Origin: Candidatus Aldehydirespiratoraceae bacterium
GTDB lineage: Bacteria > Actinomycetota > Acidimicrobiia > Acidimicrobiales > Aldehydirespiratoraceae
DNA length: 64,000 nucleotides
Direction of reading: 5' to 3'
Assembly (NCBI GenBank): GCA_965249055.1
Contig: CBDFKX010000002.1
Location: 2,957,800 to 3,021,799 of the forward strand
In this document: one piece after another, positions 1 through 8,403 of the stretch
Position numbering within the stretch: the stretch's first letter is position 1
How the letters are laid out: each line of letters starts with the position of its first letter
The notes under the pieces: generated by a model
Database searches by the model: none
What the model was told of the DNA's origin: nothing
The model's input: the letters and a program-made list of their open reading frames with translations, nothing else
Translations under genes and position numbers: made by a program

Positions 1-388
1 CGATGTGGTGGTCACCTCCATCGTGGATGGCGTGGACCTCGCAATCGATCCAAGCAATAGAACCGCTGATAACGGGCGAACCGGTGATCCTTGTGCTCCA
101 TTCGAGGCCGGCAAACTTGTCTTCTGACTTGCTCGCGAAAACGCCGCACACGTCGGCTTGGTCGTCACCGAGCACGTTGACGCAAAATCTGTCCGTCCCC
201 GACATCTTGATCCAAGTCGCAGATTCCTTGCCTGGACAGAACATGACCAGAGGTGGATCTAGCGAGACGCTGGCGAAAGATCCGATTGCCATGCCGACGG
301 GACCCTCGCCGGTTGGCGCAGTAACCACTGTCACGCCCGTGGCAAAGTGGCCGAGCACCCGTCGGAACTCACTTGAGTCAATAGACAT
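1..388 (-). CDS. flavin reductase family protein (3' end runs off the window)
   Basis: Not in the ORF track. My reverse-strand translation from the ATG at 386-388 gives MSIDSSEFRRVLGHFATGVTVVTAPTGEGPVGMAIGSFASVSLDPPLVMFCPGKES... This matches the GxFATGVTVVT / SFxSVSLxPPLV signature of NAD(P)H-flavin reductase domains. It begins 11 nt after the MBL gene stop. Confidence 0.75.
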   Translation of the reverse strand, partial: MSIDSSEFRRVLGHFATGVTVVTAPTGEGPVGMAIGSFASVSLDPPLVMFCPGKESATWIKMSGTDRFCVNVLGDDQADVCGVFASKSEDKFAGLEWSTRITGSPVISGSIAWIDCEVHAIHDGGDHHI

Positions 389-399
389 CCGGTTCCCTT

Positions 400-1344
400 C
401 TACGGCCGAACGGATTGCTCGCACAGGCCGGCGAAAGGCTCACTCATGGCGGAGAAAGTCAGGCTCGTGCCTTCGGTGGCCGCTAGCACAGTGCCTACGC
501 CAACTTCCGAACCCCGTTCGCTCAGGCGCGCGCTCATCTCATCGAGCGAGGCGTCGTCGTGAGAGGGGTCGTGATGAAACAGCACCAGCGTTTCAACACC
601 GGCCTGACGGGCGACCTCAAGTGCATACTCGGGCGTACTGTGACCCCAGGCCTGCTTCATCAATAGTTCATCGGGCCACAGTTGCCCGTCGTGAATCAAC
701 AGGTCGGCACCATCACACAGTTCAAGAACGGATTCATCGACATGTCTCGGATCGTGGATCGGCTCTTGGTGATCGGGAATATACGCGATTGACAAACCAT
801 GAAGATTGAGCCGGTAGCCGTTGGTGGTGCCGACATGGGGTACCGGTCTCGACATCACAGTGGCAAGGCCCACTGCAAAGTCGCTGTCGCAGACATCGTG
901 GAATTTGATGGTGGCTGGCAAATCGGTGGTTCGAATCGGGAAGAACGGCGGGGCAACAAAACGATCAAACGCCTCTGCCAACGACTCTCCGCGCTCAGCG
1001 CACCCATAGATGTTCAACGTGGTATCCGGACAAAGCAACGGCGCAAAAAATGGCAGACCCTGAATGTGGTCCCAGTGAAGATGTGTAACCAACGCATGCA
1101 GCGTCAACCCGCTGTGGGGCGACATTGCACAACCCCACGGGCGCAACCCCGTACCCAGGTCCAAAACGATCGGGTCGTGATCGGCAGTTTCAACCGAGAC
1201 GCAGCTGGTGTTGCCGCCATAGCGCTGCACCGTCGGACAACTACACGGCGTCGAACCACGAACACCGTGGAACGACACAACAACAGTCTCTTGCGTATCC
1301 CCCATTGACTTTGCACCGTACGCTAGCCGACTAGCCTCGCACAC
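400..1344 (-). CDS. MBL-fold metallo-hydrolase
   Basis: 314-aa ORF with the THLHWDHIQGLPFF (HxHxDH) zinc motif and a later HHDP motif. The true start may be the internal Met at about 1305. Confidence 0.8.
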   Translation of the reverse strand: MCEASRLAYGAKSMGDTQETVVVSFHGVRGSTPCSCPTVQRYGGNTSCVSVETADHDPIVLDLGTGLRPWGCAMSPHSGLTLHALVTHLHWDHIQGLPFFAPLLCPDTTLNIYGCAERGESLAEAFDRFVAPPFFPIRTTDLPATIKFHDVCDSDFAVGLATVMSRPVPHVGTTNGYRLNLHGLSIAYIPDHQEPIHDPRHVDESVLELCDGADLLIHDGQLWPDELLMKQAWGHSTPEYALEVARQAGVETLVLFHHDPSHDDASLDEMSARLSERGSEVGVGTVLAATEGTSLTFSAMSEPFAGLCEQSVRP

Positions 1345-1390
1345 CGAGTGTGACGGATGTCGCTTCTGTCAGCGTGACCGCCAACTTCTT

Positions 1391-2857
1391 GTGTGCCACA
1401 GTTGGCGAGTGCCCAATACGAAAACCGCTCCGCTCCCCGATGGTCTCGTAGCCGTTGTCAAAAAGGACTGCCCGACCTGTGTCCTAGTGGCACCAGTCTT
1501 AGCCGATATGGCCGAACGCATTGGAGTCTCAGTCATCACCCAGGACGACCCGACCTTTCCCCAAAGCGCCGACTGGGTAACCCACGATGCCGACCTCGCC
1601 TTGTCATGGCACAACCAAATCGAGACAGTACCCACGCTGCTGCGAGTCGACGACGGTTCCGAAGCCGATCGCATCGTCGGTTGGTCTCGCCAGGCTTGGG
1701 AGGAGTTCACTGGGCTCAACGGTCTCGGAACCGACCTTCCCGATTGGAGACCCGGATGCGGCTCACTGAGTGTCGATCCCAACCTCAGCGATGAACTCGC
1801 CGTGCGCTTCTCAGGTTCAATACTGAAGAGTCGGCGAATCGAACTCGCCGAGTTGGAAGATGAAGTGGAAGCCATGTTCGACCGCGGGTTCAGTGATGGA
1901 ATGCCGGTCGTACCCCCAACCGAGGCGCGTGTGCTGAGAATGCTTGAAGGCACAAGTCGCTCGGCGGAGGAGGTGGTGGCCGTCATACCACCCGATCTGG
2001 TCGAATGCACCGTCGAGAAAGTGGCTATCAACGCAGTAATGGCCGGCTGCAAGCCCGAGTATCTCCCTGTGGTGCTGAGCGCGGTCGAAGCAGCCTGCAC
2101 CGACGAGTTCAACATGCACGGACTGTTGGCCACCACTATGCCGGTAGGTCCGATCCTGATCGTCAACGGACCCATCCGTCACGAAATTCACATGAACAGC
2201 GGCCTCAATCTATTGGGCCAAGGGAACCGCGCCAACAACACCATCGGCCGTGCTCTCCAGCTGGTTATTCGCAATATCGGTGGAGGCAAACCCGGCGGTG
2301 TCGACCGCGCCACGCAGGGCAGCCCCTCAAAGATCGGGTTGTGCTTCGCCGAGGACGAAGAGGGCAGCGCCTTCGACACCTTCGCCGAATCTCGCGGTTT
2401 CGACCGCAACGTCTCCACCGTCACTCTGTTCCCCGGGGAAGGCCCCCGACTGATGTTCGATCAGAAGTCGCGTTCGCCGGAATCGCTCACCAAGCACTTC
2501 GCCGAAATGCTGCGCGTCAACGTCAGCCCGAGAATAGTCATGTCGATGGAAACCGTGATCGTGATGAGTCCTGAACATATGGCCCGATACCGAGATGCCT
2601 CCTGGGACAGGGCCCGCTTTCTGGCAGAACTTGAAGCGCTGCTGATGATCGACGGCGACGACATAATTGCCGGCTCCGGCGGAATCGAAGAGGGTATGCC
2701 GACATTACTCTCGGGCCATCAGCTACCGAAGTTCCCGCCTGGAGGGATTCATGTTGTTCACGGAGGCAGCCATGCTGGGTTGTTCTCTTCGACCATCGCT
2801 GGTTGGGTGACCGGCGCAACCGGTAGCGTGACTGTCACAAAGGAGATCACTCGATGA
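1391..2857 (+). CDS. thioredoxin-fold domain fused to a ~370-aa domain of unknown function
   Basis: 488-aa ORF. The N-terminal ~105 aa has a CPTC redox motif and an ETVPT cis-Pro loop, as in thioredoxin-like folds. I cannot assign the remainder (AINAVMAGCKPEYLPVV, IVNGPI, GQGNRANNTIGRA). Its stop overlaps the next gene's start (ATGA at 2854-2857). Confidence 0.7.
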   Translation: MCHSWRVPNTKTAPLPDGLVAVVKKDCPTCVLVAPVLADMAERIGVSVITQDDPTFPQSADWVTHDADLALSWHNQIETVPTLLRVDDGSEADRIVGWSRQAWEEFTGLNGLGTDLPDWRPGCGSLSVDPNLSDELAVRFSGSILKSRRIELAELEDEVEAMFDRGFSDGMPVVPPTEARVLRMLEGTSRSAEEVVAVIPPDLVECTVEKVAINAVMAGCKPEYLPVVLSAVEAACTDEFNMHGLLATTMPVGPILIVNGPIRHEIHMNSGLNLLGQGNRANNTIGRALQLVIRNIGGGKPGGVDRATQGSPSKIGLCFAEDEEGSAFDTFAESRGFDRNVSTVTLFPGEGPRLMFDQKSRSPESLTKHFAEMLRVNVSPRIVMSMETVIVMSPEHMARYRDASWDRARFLAELEALLMIDGDDIIAGSGGIEEGMPTLLSGHQLPKFPPGGIHVVHGGSHAGLFSSTIAGWVTGATGSVTVTKEITR

Positions 2858-3372
2858 CTGTTGTTCTTGATCCCACCGCTGAGTTGCGGCCCGAAAAACG
2901 TGAGCGTGTCGCTAGACCCGAGTCTCTCAACGGACTCACGGTCGGACTACTCGACATCTCCAAACCCCGCGGAGATATTTTTCTCAACCGTGTCGAGGAA
3001 AAGCTGACCGGCCTCGGTGCCAACGTGAAACGCTTCAAAAAGCCGACGTTCACCAAACCAGCGCCGATCGATCTGCGCCATGAGATTGCCGTGTCCTGCG
3101 ACGCGGTGATCGAAGCGCTCGCCGATTGAGGTTCCTGCACGACGTGCAGTGTGCACGACATCAACGATCTTGAACGCCGCGGCATTCCAGGAGTGTTCGT
3201 TGCCACCGTTGAGTTCGCCGACGGTGCCGAGCAACAAAGCAAGAGCCTCGGAGGTGACATAGCCCACGTCTTGACCGAGCACCCCATCCAGGACCGCACC
3301 GACTCAGAGATGGTCGCTATCGCCGATCAAGCAATCGACGCCCTGTTGAGTTCGCTTACAGGCCCCGGTTAA
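2854..3372 (+). CDS. UGSC family selenoprotein (TGA at 3127-3129 read as selenocysteine)
   Basis: ORFs 2854..3129 and 3151..3372 share a frame (297 nt apart) and are separated by one TGA. Read-through gives 172 aa with ...AVIEALAD-U-GSCTTCSVHDINDLERRGIP..., the U-G-S-C motif that names the family. Confidence 0.8.
3135..3157 (+). promoter_or_regulatory. candidate bacterial SECIS hairpin(s)
   Basis: There are two overlapping perfect 6-bp hairpins, starting 6 and 14 nt after the UGA. They are CTGCAC-GAC-GTGCAG (3135-3149) and CGTGCA-GTG-TGCACG (3143-3157). Confidence 0.5.
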
Positions 3373-3377
3373 CCCCT

Positions 3378-3504
3378 CCAGCCAACAAGCCCCGCCAGCC
3401 AACAAGCCGCGCCGACCGGCCAGCCCCGCCGACCGGCCAGCCCCGCCGTAGCAGCGAAGCTAGGTACTGGCCAGCGAATTACGTGTACTGGCCAAAAACT
3501 ACGT
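3378..3504. repeat. three consecutive pairs of short tandem duplications in a convergent intergenic region
   Basis: CCAGCCAACAAGCC(C/G)CG x2 at 3378-3411. CCGACCGGCCAGCCCCG x2 at 3412-3445. GTACTGGCCA(GCGAAT/AAAAAC)TACGT x2 at 3464-3504. The last copy overlaps the xsc stop codon. Confidence 0.85.
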
Positions 3505-5265
3505 GTATTCGGCGTACTTCTTCAGGTGGCGGACCGGGCGGCTCAAAGCATCCTTACGGAACGGATCGCCGAGTTCTTTGGTGGTCATGACTTCGATCAC
3601 TGTGGTCTGCCGTTTGGTCATCTGATCGTCGATCGCCCGTTCTAGGGCCGGACCGACATCATCAAGCTGATCAACACGAACACCCTTCGCTCCCATCGCT
3701 TGAGCGATTTGCGCGTAGTTCTCCCCCGCTTCAAGTTCCCCGGCCACAAAACGGCGATCGTAGAAATCAACCTGGTTCTTCTTTTCGGCACCCCATTGGC
3801 GATTGTGGAACACCACCGCGGTGACCGGAATATCGTGGCGCACCGCGGTCATCACCTCAACCATGCTCATAGCCCAGGCACCATCGCCAGCGTACGCCAC
3901 CGCCGGACGATCATCAGCAGCCTTCTTGGCTCCAATAATGGTCGGCAGCGCATAGCCGCAGTTACCCCAACTCATGGCTGCCAAAAACGACCTGGGCTCT
4001 TCGAAGCGCAGGTAGCTGTTGGACACCGAGTTGATGTTGCCGATGTCGGTGGACACCATTACCCGAGCTGGCATGGCCCGCTCCAGTTCCCGCAACACCT
4101 GGCGTGGGTGCAGCCAACTGCCTTCTTCGGCCGCTGCTTCTTTGATCATGTCGATACTGAAGTCGTCGGTTTCTTCGGTCCAATCGTCGAGTTCGTCTTC
4201 CCACGCGGTCTTCTCAGAAAGCAGCGTCGACTCTCGCTCGGCACGGTTTTGGTCGGCCACCAGCGTACGTTGAGCCAGCCGCTCTGTCAGCGCCCCAGCA
4301 GCTGCACCGGCATCACCGCAAATCCCGACATCAATCTTTTTGACCAAGCCGAGCATCTTCGAATCAGCATCAACCTGGATGATCTTGGCCTCTGTCGGCC
4401 AATAGTCGAGGCCATGCTGAGGCAAGGTGCCAAAGGGCCCCAAACGGGTGCCGAGCGCCAGCACCACGTCAGCCCGTGCGATCAACTTCATCGCCGCCTT
4501 TGAGCCTTGGTAGCCGAGCGGTCCACACCACTGTGGGTGGCCGGCCGGAAACGAGTCGTTGTGCAGGTAGCTGTTGACCACCGGACAGCCGAGTCTTTCG
4601 GCCAAGGCGACCGTTGCGGCCATACCATCTCCGATCACCACTCCACCGCCGCTGATCATGACTGGGAACTGCGCGCTCGCCAAGAGGTCGGCCGCTTCGT
4701 TGAGTGTGCGCTCACCACCGGGTCCGCGATCGAGCCGCATGGGGGTTCCGATCTCCACATTGATGTCGCCATAGAAGCGGTCACGGGGGATGTTGAGTTG
4801 CGTTGGACCCATCTCCGATAGCGCCCGGTCGAAGCAACGAGCCGTGATCTCTGCCATTCGGTGTTCGTTGTTGATGTGCCCCTGATACTTGGTGAACTCC
4901 TCAAACATCGGAAGCTGATTGGCTTCTTGGAAGCCGCCGAGTCCCATCCCCATCGTGCCGGCTTCGGGGGTAACGATGACAACGGGACTGTGTGCCCAAA
5001 AGGCTGCCGCGATCGCGGTCACACAGTTGGAAATACCAGGGCCATTCTGCCCGATCACGACTCCGTGGCGGCCACTGACCCGGGCATACCCGTCTGCCAT
5101 GTGGGCTGCACCCTGTTCGTGAACCACCGGTACCAACTCAATACCTGCCGGCTCAAAAATGTCCATGGCGTCCATGAACGCGCTGCCCATGATGCCAAAG
5201 ACAGTGGTCACACCGTTGGCCACCATGGTTTCGACAAACGCTTCGCTGGGAGTCATCCGGGTCAT
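3499..5265 (-). CDS. xsc: sulfoacetaldehyde acetyltransferase (ThDP-dependent)
   Basis: 588 aa. ThDP motif GDGAWAMSMVEVMTAV...FHNRQWGAEKKN. The blocks LGYQGSKAAMKLIARADVVLALGTRLGPFGTLPQHGLDYWP and ELGDPFRKDA closely match my memory of Xsc sequences. A pta gene lies in the same cluster. Confidence 0.8.
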   Translation of the reverse strand: MTRMTPSEAFVETMVANGVTTVFGIMGSAFMDAMDIFEPAGIELVPVVHEQGAAHMADGYARVSGRHGVVIGQNGPGISNCVTAIAAAFWAHSPVVIVTPEAGTMGMGLGGFQEANQLPMFEEFTKYQGHINNEHRMAEITARCFDRALSEMGPTQLNIPRDRFYGDINVEIGTPMRLDRGPGGERTLNEAADLLASAQFPVMISGGGVVIGDGMAATVALAERLGCPVVNSYLHNDSFPAGHPQWCGPLGYQGSKAAMKLIARADVVLALGTRLGPFGTLPQHGLDYWPTEAKIIQVDADSKMLGLVKKIDVGICGDAGAAAGALTERLAQRTLVADQNRAERESTLLSEKTAWEDELDDWTEETDDFSIDMIKEAAAEEGSWLHPRQVLRELERAMPARVMVSTDIGNINSVSNSYLRFEEPRSFLAAMSWGNCGYALPTIIGAKKAADDRPAVAYAGDGAWAMSMVEVMTAVRHDIPVTAVVFHNRQWGAEKKNQVDFYDRRFVAGELEAGENYAQIAQAMGAKGVRVDQLDDVGPALERAIDDQMTKRQTTVIEVMTTKELGDPFRKDALSRPVRHLKKYAEYT

Positions 5266-5304
5266 GTTTCATCCTCCATTCCAGACCGTCGCAAGAGCCT
5301 ATAA

Positions 5305-5907
5305 CTAATCTGCAAGACTATCTAGCGCAGAATTTCGCTCAAGATGGCGGATCCCGGCAATCAAGAGTTCCAGTAGATGATCGAACGTGTCATCAAGGTC
5401 GTGTTCGTGCGGATGTCCGTCACCAGATTCAAGATGGGAAAACCCGTGGAATGAACTCCGTAACCCACGTGCCACATGTACACGCTCATCCTCGTCAATG
5501 CTGAAACTCCCCAGAGCTCGAGCAATGACCGCCACGATCCGTTCGACCGCTTCTTCGAGTTCAACATCACCCGCGCAGGGATATCGGTCGGTGGCGGCGT
5601 ACAAACCGGGGTGAGTCCGCACTACCTCCCGCCAAGCCCTCCCGATGGCTACGACTGCGTTCTCTCCCGATACACCGATGGCCGCCTCAGTGAGCGAGCT
5701 AGCGAGTTTGGCACGGCCTCTCAAAGCCAGCAGTTTGACAAGATCGTCGTACCCGTCGACATGTCTATACAGCGCCGGTTGACGAACGCCGAGTTCGTCG
5801 GCCACACGAGTGAGGGTGACCGCGTCAAACCCTTCTCTGTCTGCTATTTCTGAGGCGCATTCAATTACTTGCGCCGGGTCCAGAGTCCGCTTGGGCGATC
5901 CGCTCAT
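5305..5907 (-). CDS. TetR/AcrR family transcriptional regulator
   Basis: 200 aa with the N-terminal HTH TLTRVADELGVRQPALYRHV. Confidence 0.85.
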   Translation of the reverse strand: MSGSPKRTLDPAQVIECASEIADREGFDAVTLTRVADELGVRQPALYRHVDGYDDLVKLLALRGRAKLASSLTEAAIGVSGENAVVAIGRAWREVVRTHPGLYAATDRYPCAGDVELEEAVERIVAVIARALGSFSIDEDERVHVARGLRSSFHGFSHLESGDGHPHEHDLDDTFDHLLELLIAGIRHLERNSALDSLAD

Positions 5908-5931
5908 GCGTTAGAAGCTATCACCGTTACG

Positions 5932-6867
5932 TTAGAGCGGACGCAACGCCGAGGCTTGGATTGAAGCGATAACCGCCACGTTGACAATGTCGTCCTCCGA
6001 GCAGCCACGCGAAAGGTCATGCAACACGCCATCAAGACCCTGCAGCAACGGCCCGAAAGCAAGCGCTTGACCCAGACGTTCGGTGATCTTGTAGGCGATG
6101 TTGCCGGAGTCAAGATCTGGGAAGACGAACACATTGGCTCTGCCGGCAACTTCAGAGTCGGGAGCCTTGACATCGGCAACCGCGGGAAGCCAAGCGGCAT
6201 CAAACTGCAACTCACCATCAATCTTGAGATGCGGCGCAGCCTGCTGAGCAATCGCGGTAGCGCTCCGCACCTTTTCGACACGCGGGTGTTGCGCACTCCC
6301 CCTGGTTGAAAACGAGAGCATGGCGACACGAGGCTCCTCACCGCAAAGTTGAGCAAACGTAGCTGCACTCGAAATAGCAACGGAGGCCAATTGCTGATCG
6401 TCGGGATCTGGCAACACTGCACAGTCTCCGTAGACAATCGGCCGACCGTCAGGCAGCACAAAAAAGAAGCAGCTACTCAGCGCTTCAACTCCGGGCGCGA
6501 CCCCGAGCACTCGCAACCCGGCCCGCACCACATCCGCGCTGGCGCGGCTTGCTCCACCCACACACCCCGCAGCCCAGCCTGTCTTCACCAAGGCCGCAGA
6601 AATCACCAGTGGATCGTCAACATCGAGCCGACGACCAGCCCACGGTCCTGTGTTTGCAGCAGCCAGTTCGTCAACGAGGCGCTCCGCTGGGCCATGAGCA
6701 ATCTCGGCGAGCAAGCCGAAGTCCCTGCCCGCAACGAGTGCTTCGGTCAAACCCTGCGCATTGAGGCGATCCGCGGCGGCGATAGCTCGCGGATCATTTG
6801 CGTCGGCCAAGATGATGCGCTGCGGGTTCGCCCGAGCGCGGCTGTACCAATCGTCGAGAACGCTCAC
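5932..6867 (-). CDS. pta: phosphate acetyltransferase (short form)
   Basis: 311 aa with PTA_PTB-type blocks (YGDCAVLPDP, AMLSFSTRGSA, NVFVFPDLDSGNIAYK). Overlaps the upstream aminotransferase gene by 4 nt. Confidence 0.85.
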   Translation of the reverse strand: MSVLDDWYSRARANPQRIILADANDPRAIAAADRLNAQGLTEALVAGRDFGLLAEIAHGPAERLVDELAAANTGPWAGRRLDVDDPLVISAALVKTGWAAGCVGGASRASADVVRAGLRVLGVAPGVEALSSCFFFVLPDGRPIVYGDCAVLPDPDDQQLASVAISSAATFAQLCGEEPRVAMLSFSTRGSAQHPRVEKVRSATAIAQQAAPHLKIDGELQFDAAWLPAVADVKAPDSEVAGRANVFVFPDLDSGNIAYKITERLGQALAFGPLLQGLDGVLHDLSRGCSEDDIVNVAVIASIQASALRPL

Positions 6868-8282
6868 AGCCGGGCGTTCAGCCCTTCCCTCGCCAAGGGA
6901 TCAGCCGCTTCTCGGCCATGCGCCTTCAGCCAACCGCCCACGCGGTCGAGCACTTGGTCGACCCGCTTGAGCAGGTCGTCGATCACGGTGGCGTCTGCCA
7001 CCAACGGCGGTGCCACAGCCAACATGGCAGCACCTCTAGAGTCGGGCCGGACCAGAACGCGCGCCTCGCGCACAAAGCGTTCTAGAACTCCGCCCGGTAG
7101 TAATTCAGCGAACTCGTCGTCAGTAAGATCCGAACCGCTGCGGCGGTCACGCATCAACTCCACGGAATGGAAGTACCCGGCGCCCCGCACGTCTTTGACA
7201 CAACGATGGGATTCCATCAGCGCGCGCAAGCCGTTCTTGAGGCGGTCCTCGTTTGCCAGAACGCGGTCGAATACCTTTTCGTCGCGCATGGCGGTCATGT
7301 TGGCCACCGCTACCGCTGTGGCCACTGGGTGGCCGCCGAACGTGGCCCCGTGGACGAACATCGCAGCGGGCGAGTCCCACACCCGATCCACCAGCGAGTC
7401 CCGTACAAGCAAACCTCCCAGAGGCACGTATGCGCTGGTGACACCCTTGGCGAAGGTGATCATGTCCGGCACGACGCCATAACGCTCGCTGCCGAACCAG
7501 TGACCGAGGCGTCCGAACGAGTTGATCACCTCATCTGCGCAGAGCAGCACGCCGTAGGTGTCGCAGATGCGGCGCAGTTCTTGCCAATAGCCGTCGGGTG
7601 GGACCAGTGCTCCCCTGCCGTTCTGTACTGGTTCTGCAATCACCATGGCCACCGTCTCAGGGCCCTCGGCGAGGATCGCCTGCTCGACGGCTGTTACACA
7701 CGGCAGTTCTGAAGCAGGAACGCCCTCGGCAGAACAGCCGAGTGTGTTGTCTACGTGGCGCACAAACCCGGCGAGCATCGGCTCGAACGGATCGCGGAAG
7801 TTGGGAATGCCGGTCACGGTCAGCGCACCCAGGGTGGTGCCGTGATAGGCCCATCGACGTGCAATCACCTTTTGGCGACTCTCAGCGCCGTTCGCCAAGT
7901 GGTAACAACGAGCGAACTTGAGGGCGGATTCAACCGCTTCTGAGCCAGAGTTCACAAAGAACACTCGGTTGAGATCGGCGGGTGCCACCGACGCGATCAG
8001 CGACGACGCCTCGATGGACGAAGGGTGGGCGAAACTCCAGTTGGGGCTGAAAGCCAGTTTGTCCATCTGCTTGGCCGCAACCGCGGTCAGATCACTGCGA
8101 CCGTGGCCGAGGTTGGTGCAGAACAACCCGGAGAGCCCGTCCAGGTATTCGTTGCCCTCGGTGTCCCAGACGTAACAGCCTTCACCTCGTTCGATGACGA
8201 GCAGGTCGTCGCGTTGCCAAGCATCGCCACGCGTAAAATGCGGCACCAAGTGGTCCCGGGCCTTGGCTCTAATCTCGGTCAA
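6864..8282 (-). CDS. class-III (omega) aminotransferase, candidate taurine:pyruvate aminotransferase by context
   Basis: 472 aa with class-III blocks (VNSGSEAVESALKFAR, ADEVINSFGRLG, TFAKGVTSAYVPLG carrying the PLP Lys). TTG start preceded by GGGGGA. Substrate is inferred only from linkage to pta and xsc. Confidence 0.75.
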   Translation of the reverse strand: MTEIRAKARDHLVPHFTRGDAWQRDDLLVIERGEGCYVWDTEGNEYLDGLSGLFCTNLGHGRSDLTAVAAKQMDKLAFSPNWSFAHPSSIEASSLIASVAPADLNRVFFVNSGSEAVESALKFARCYHLANGAESRQKVIARRWAYHGTTLGALTVTGIPNFRDPFEPMLAGFVRHVDNTLGCSAEGVPASELPCVTAVEQAILAEGPETVAMVIAEPVQNGRGALVPPDGYWQELRRICDTYGVLLCADEVINSFGRLGHWFGSERYGVVPDMITFAKGVTSAYVPLGGLLVRDSLVDRVWDSPAAMFVHGATFGGHPVATAVAVANMTAMRDEKVFDRVLANEDRLKNGLRALMESHRCVKDVRGAGYFHSVELMRDRRSGSDLTDDEFAELLPGGVLERFVREARVLVRPDSRGAAMLAVAPPLVADATVIDDLLKRVDQVLDRVGGWLKAHGREAADPLAREGLNARL

Positions 8283-8403
8283 ATGATTCCCCCAGCAAAT
8301 CAGTTACATGTTAGCAAGAATTCGTTAGGAGGGCTAGCGCTATTGCGACGGTGACTAACTTAGAACTTTCCCACCCAGCGCACCGACGGCCGAAACTTGG
8401 AAA

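Noticed and set aside
3-809. 268-aa plus-strand ORF at the left edge
   Set aside because: Its composition is Arg/Ser/Pro-rich junk. It lies antisense to a clearly recognisable flavin reductase (1-388) and MBL hydrolase (400-1344), so it is a high-GC shadow ORF.
8283-8403. Search for a TetR operator palindrome upstream of the aminotransferase gene (around the GAATTC at ~8326)
   Set aside because: Only a 6-8-nt imperfect palindrome is present. That is not enough to call a binding site.
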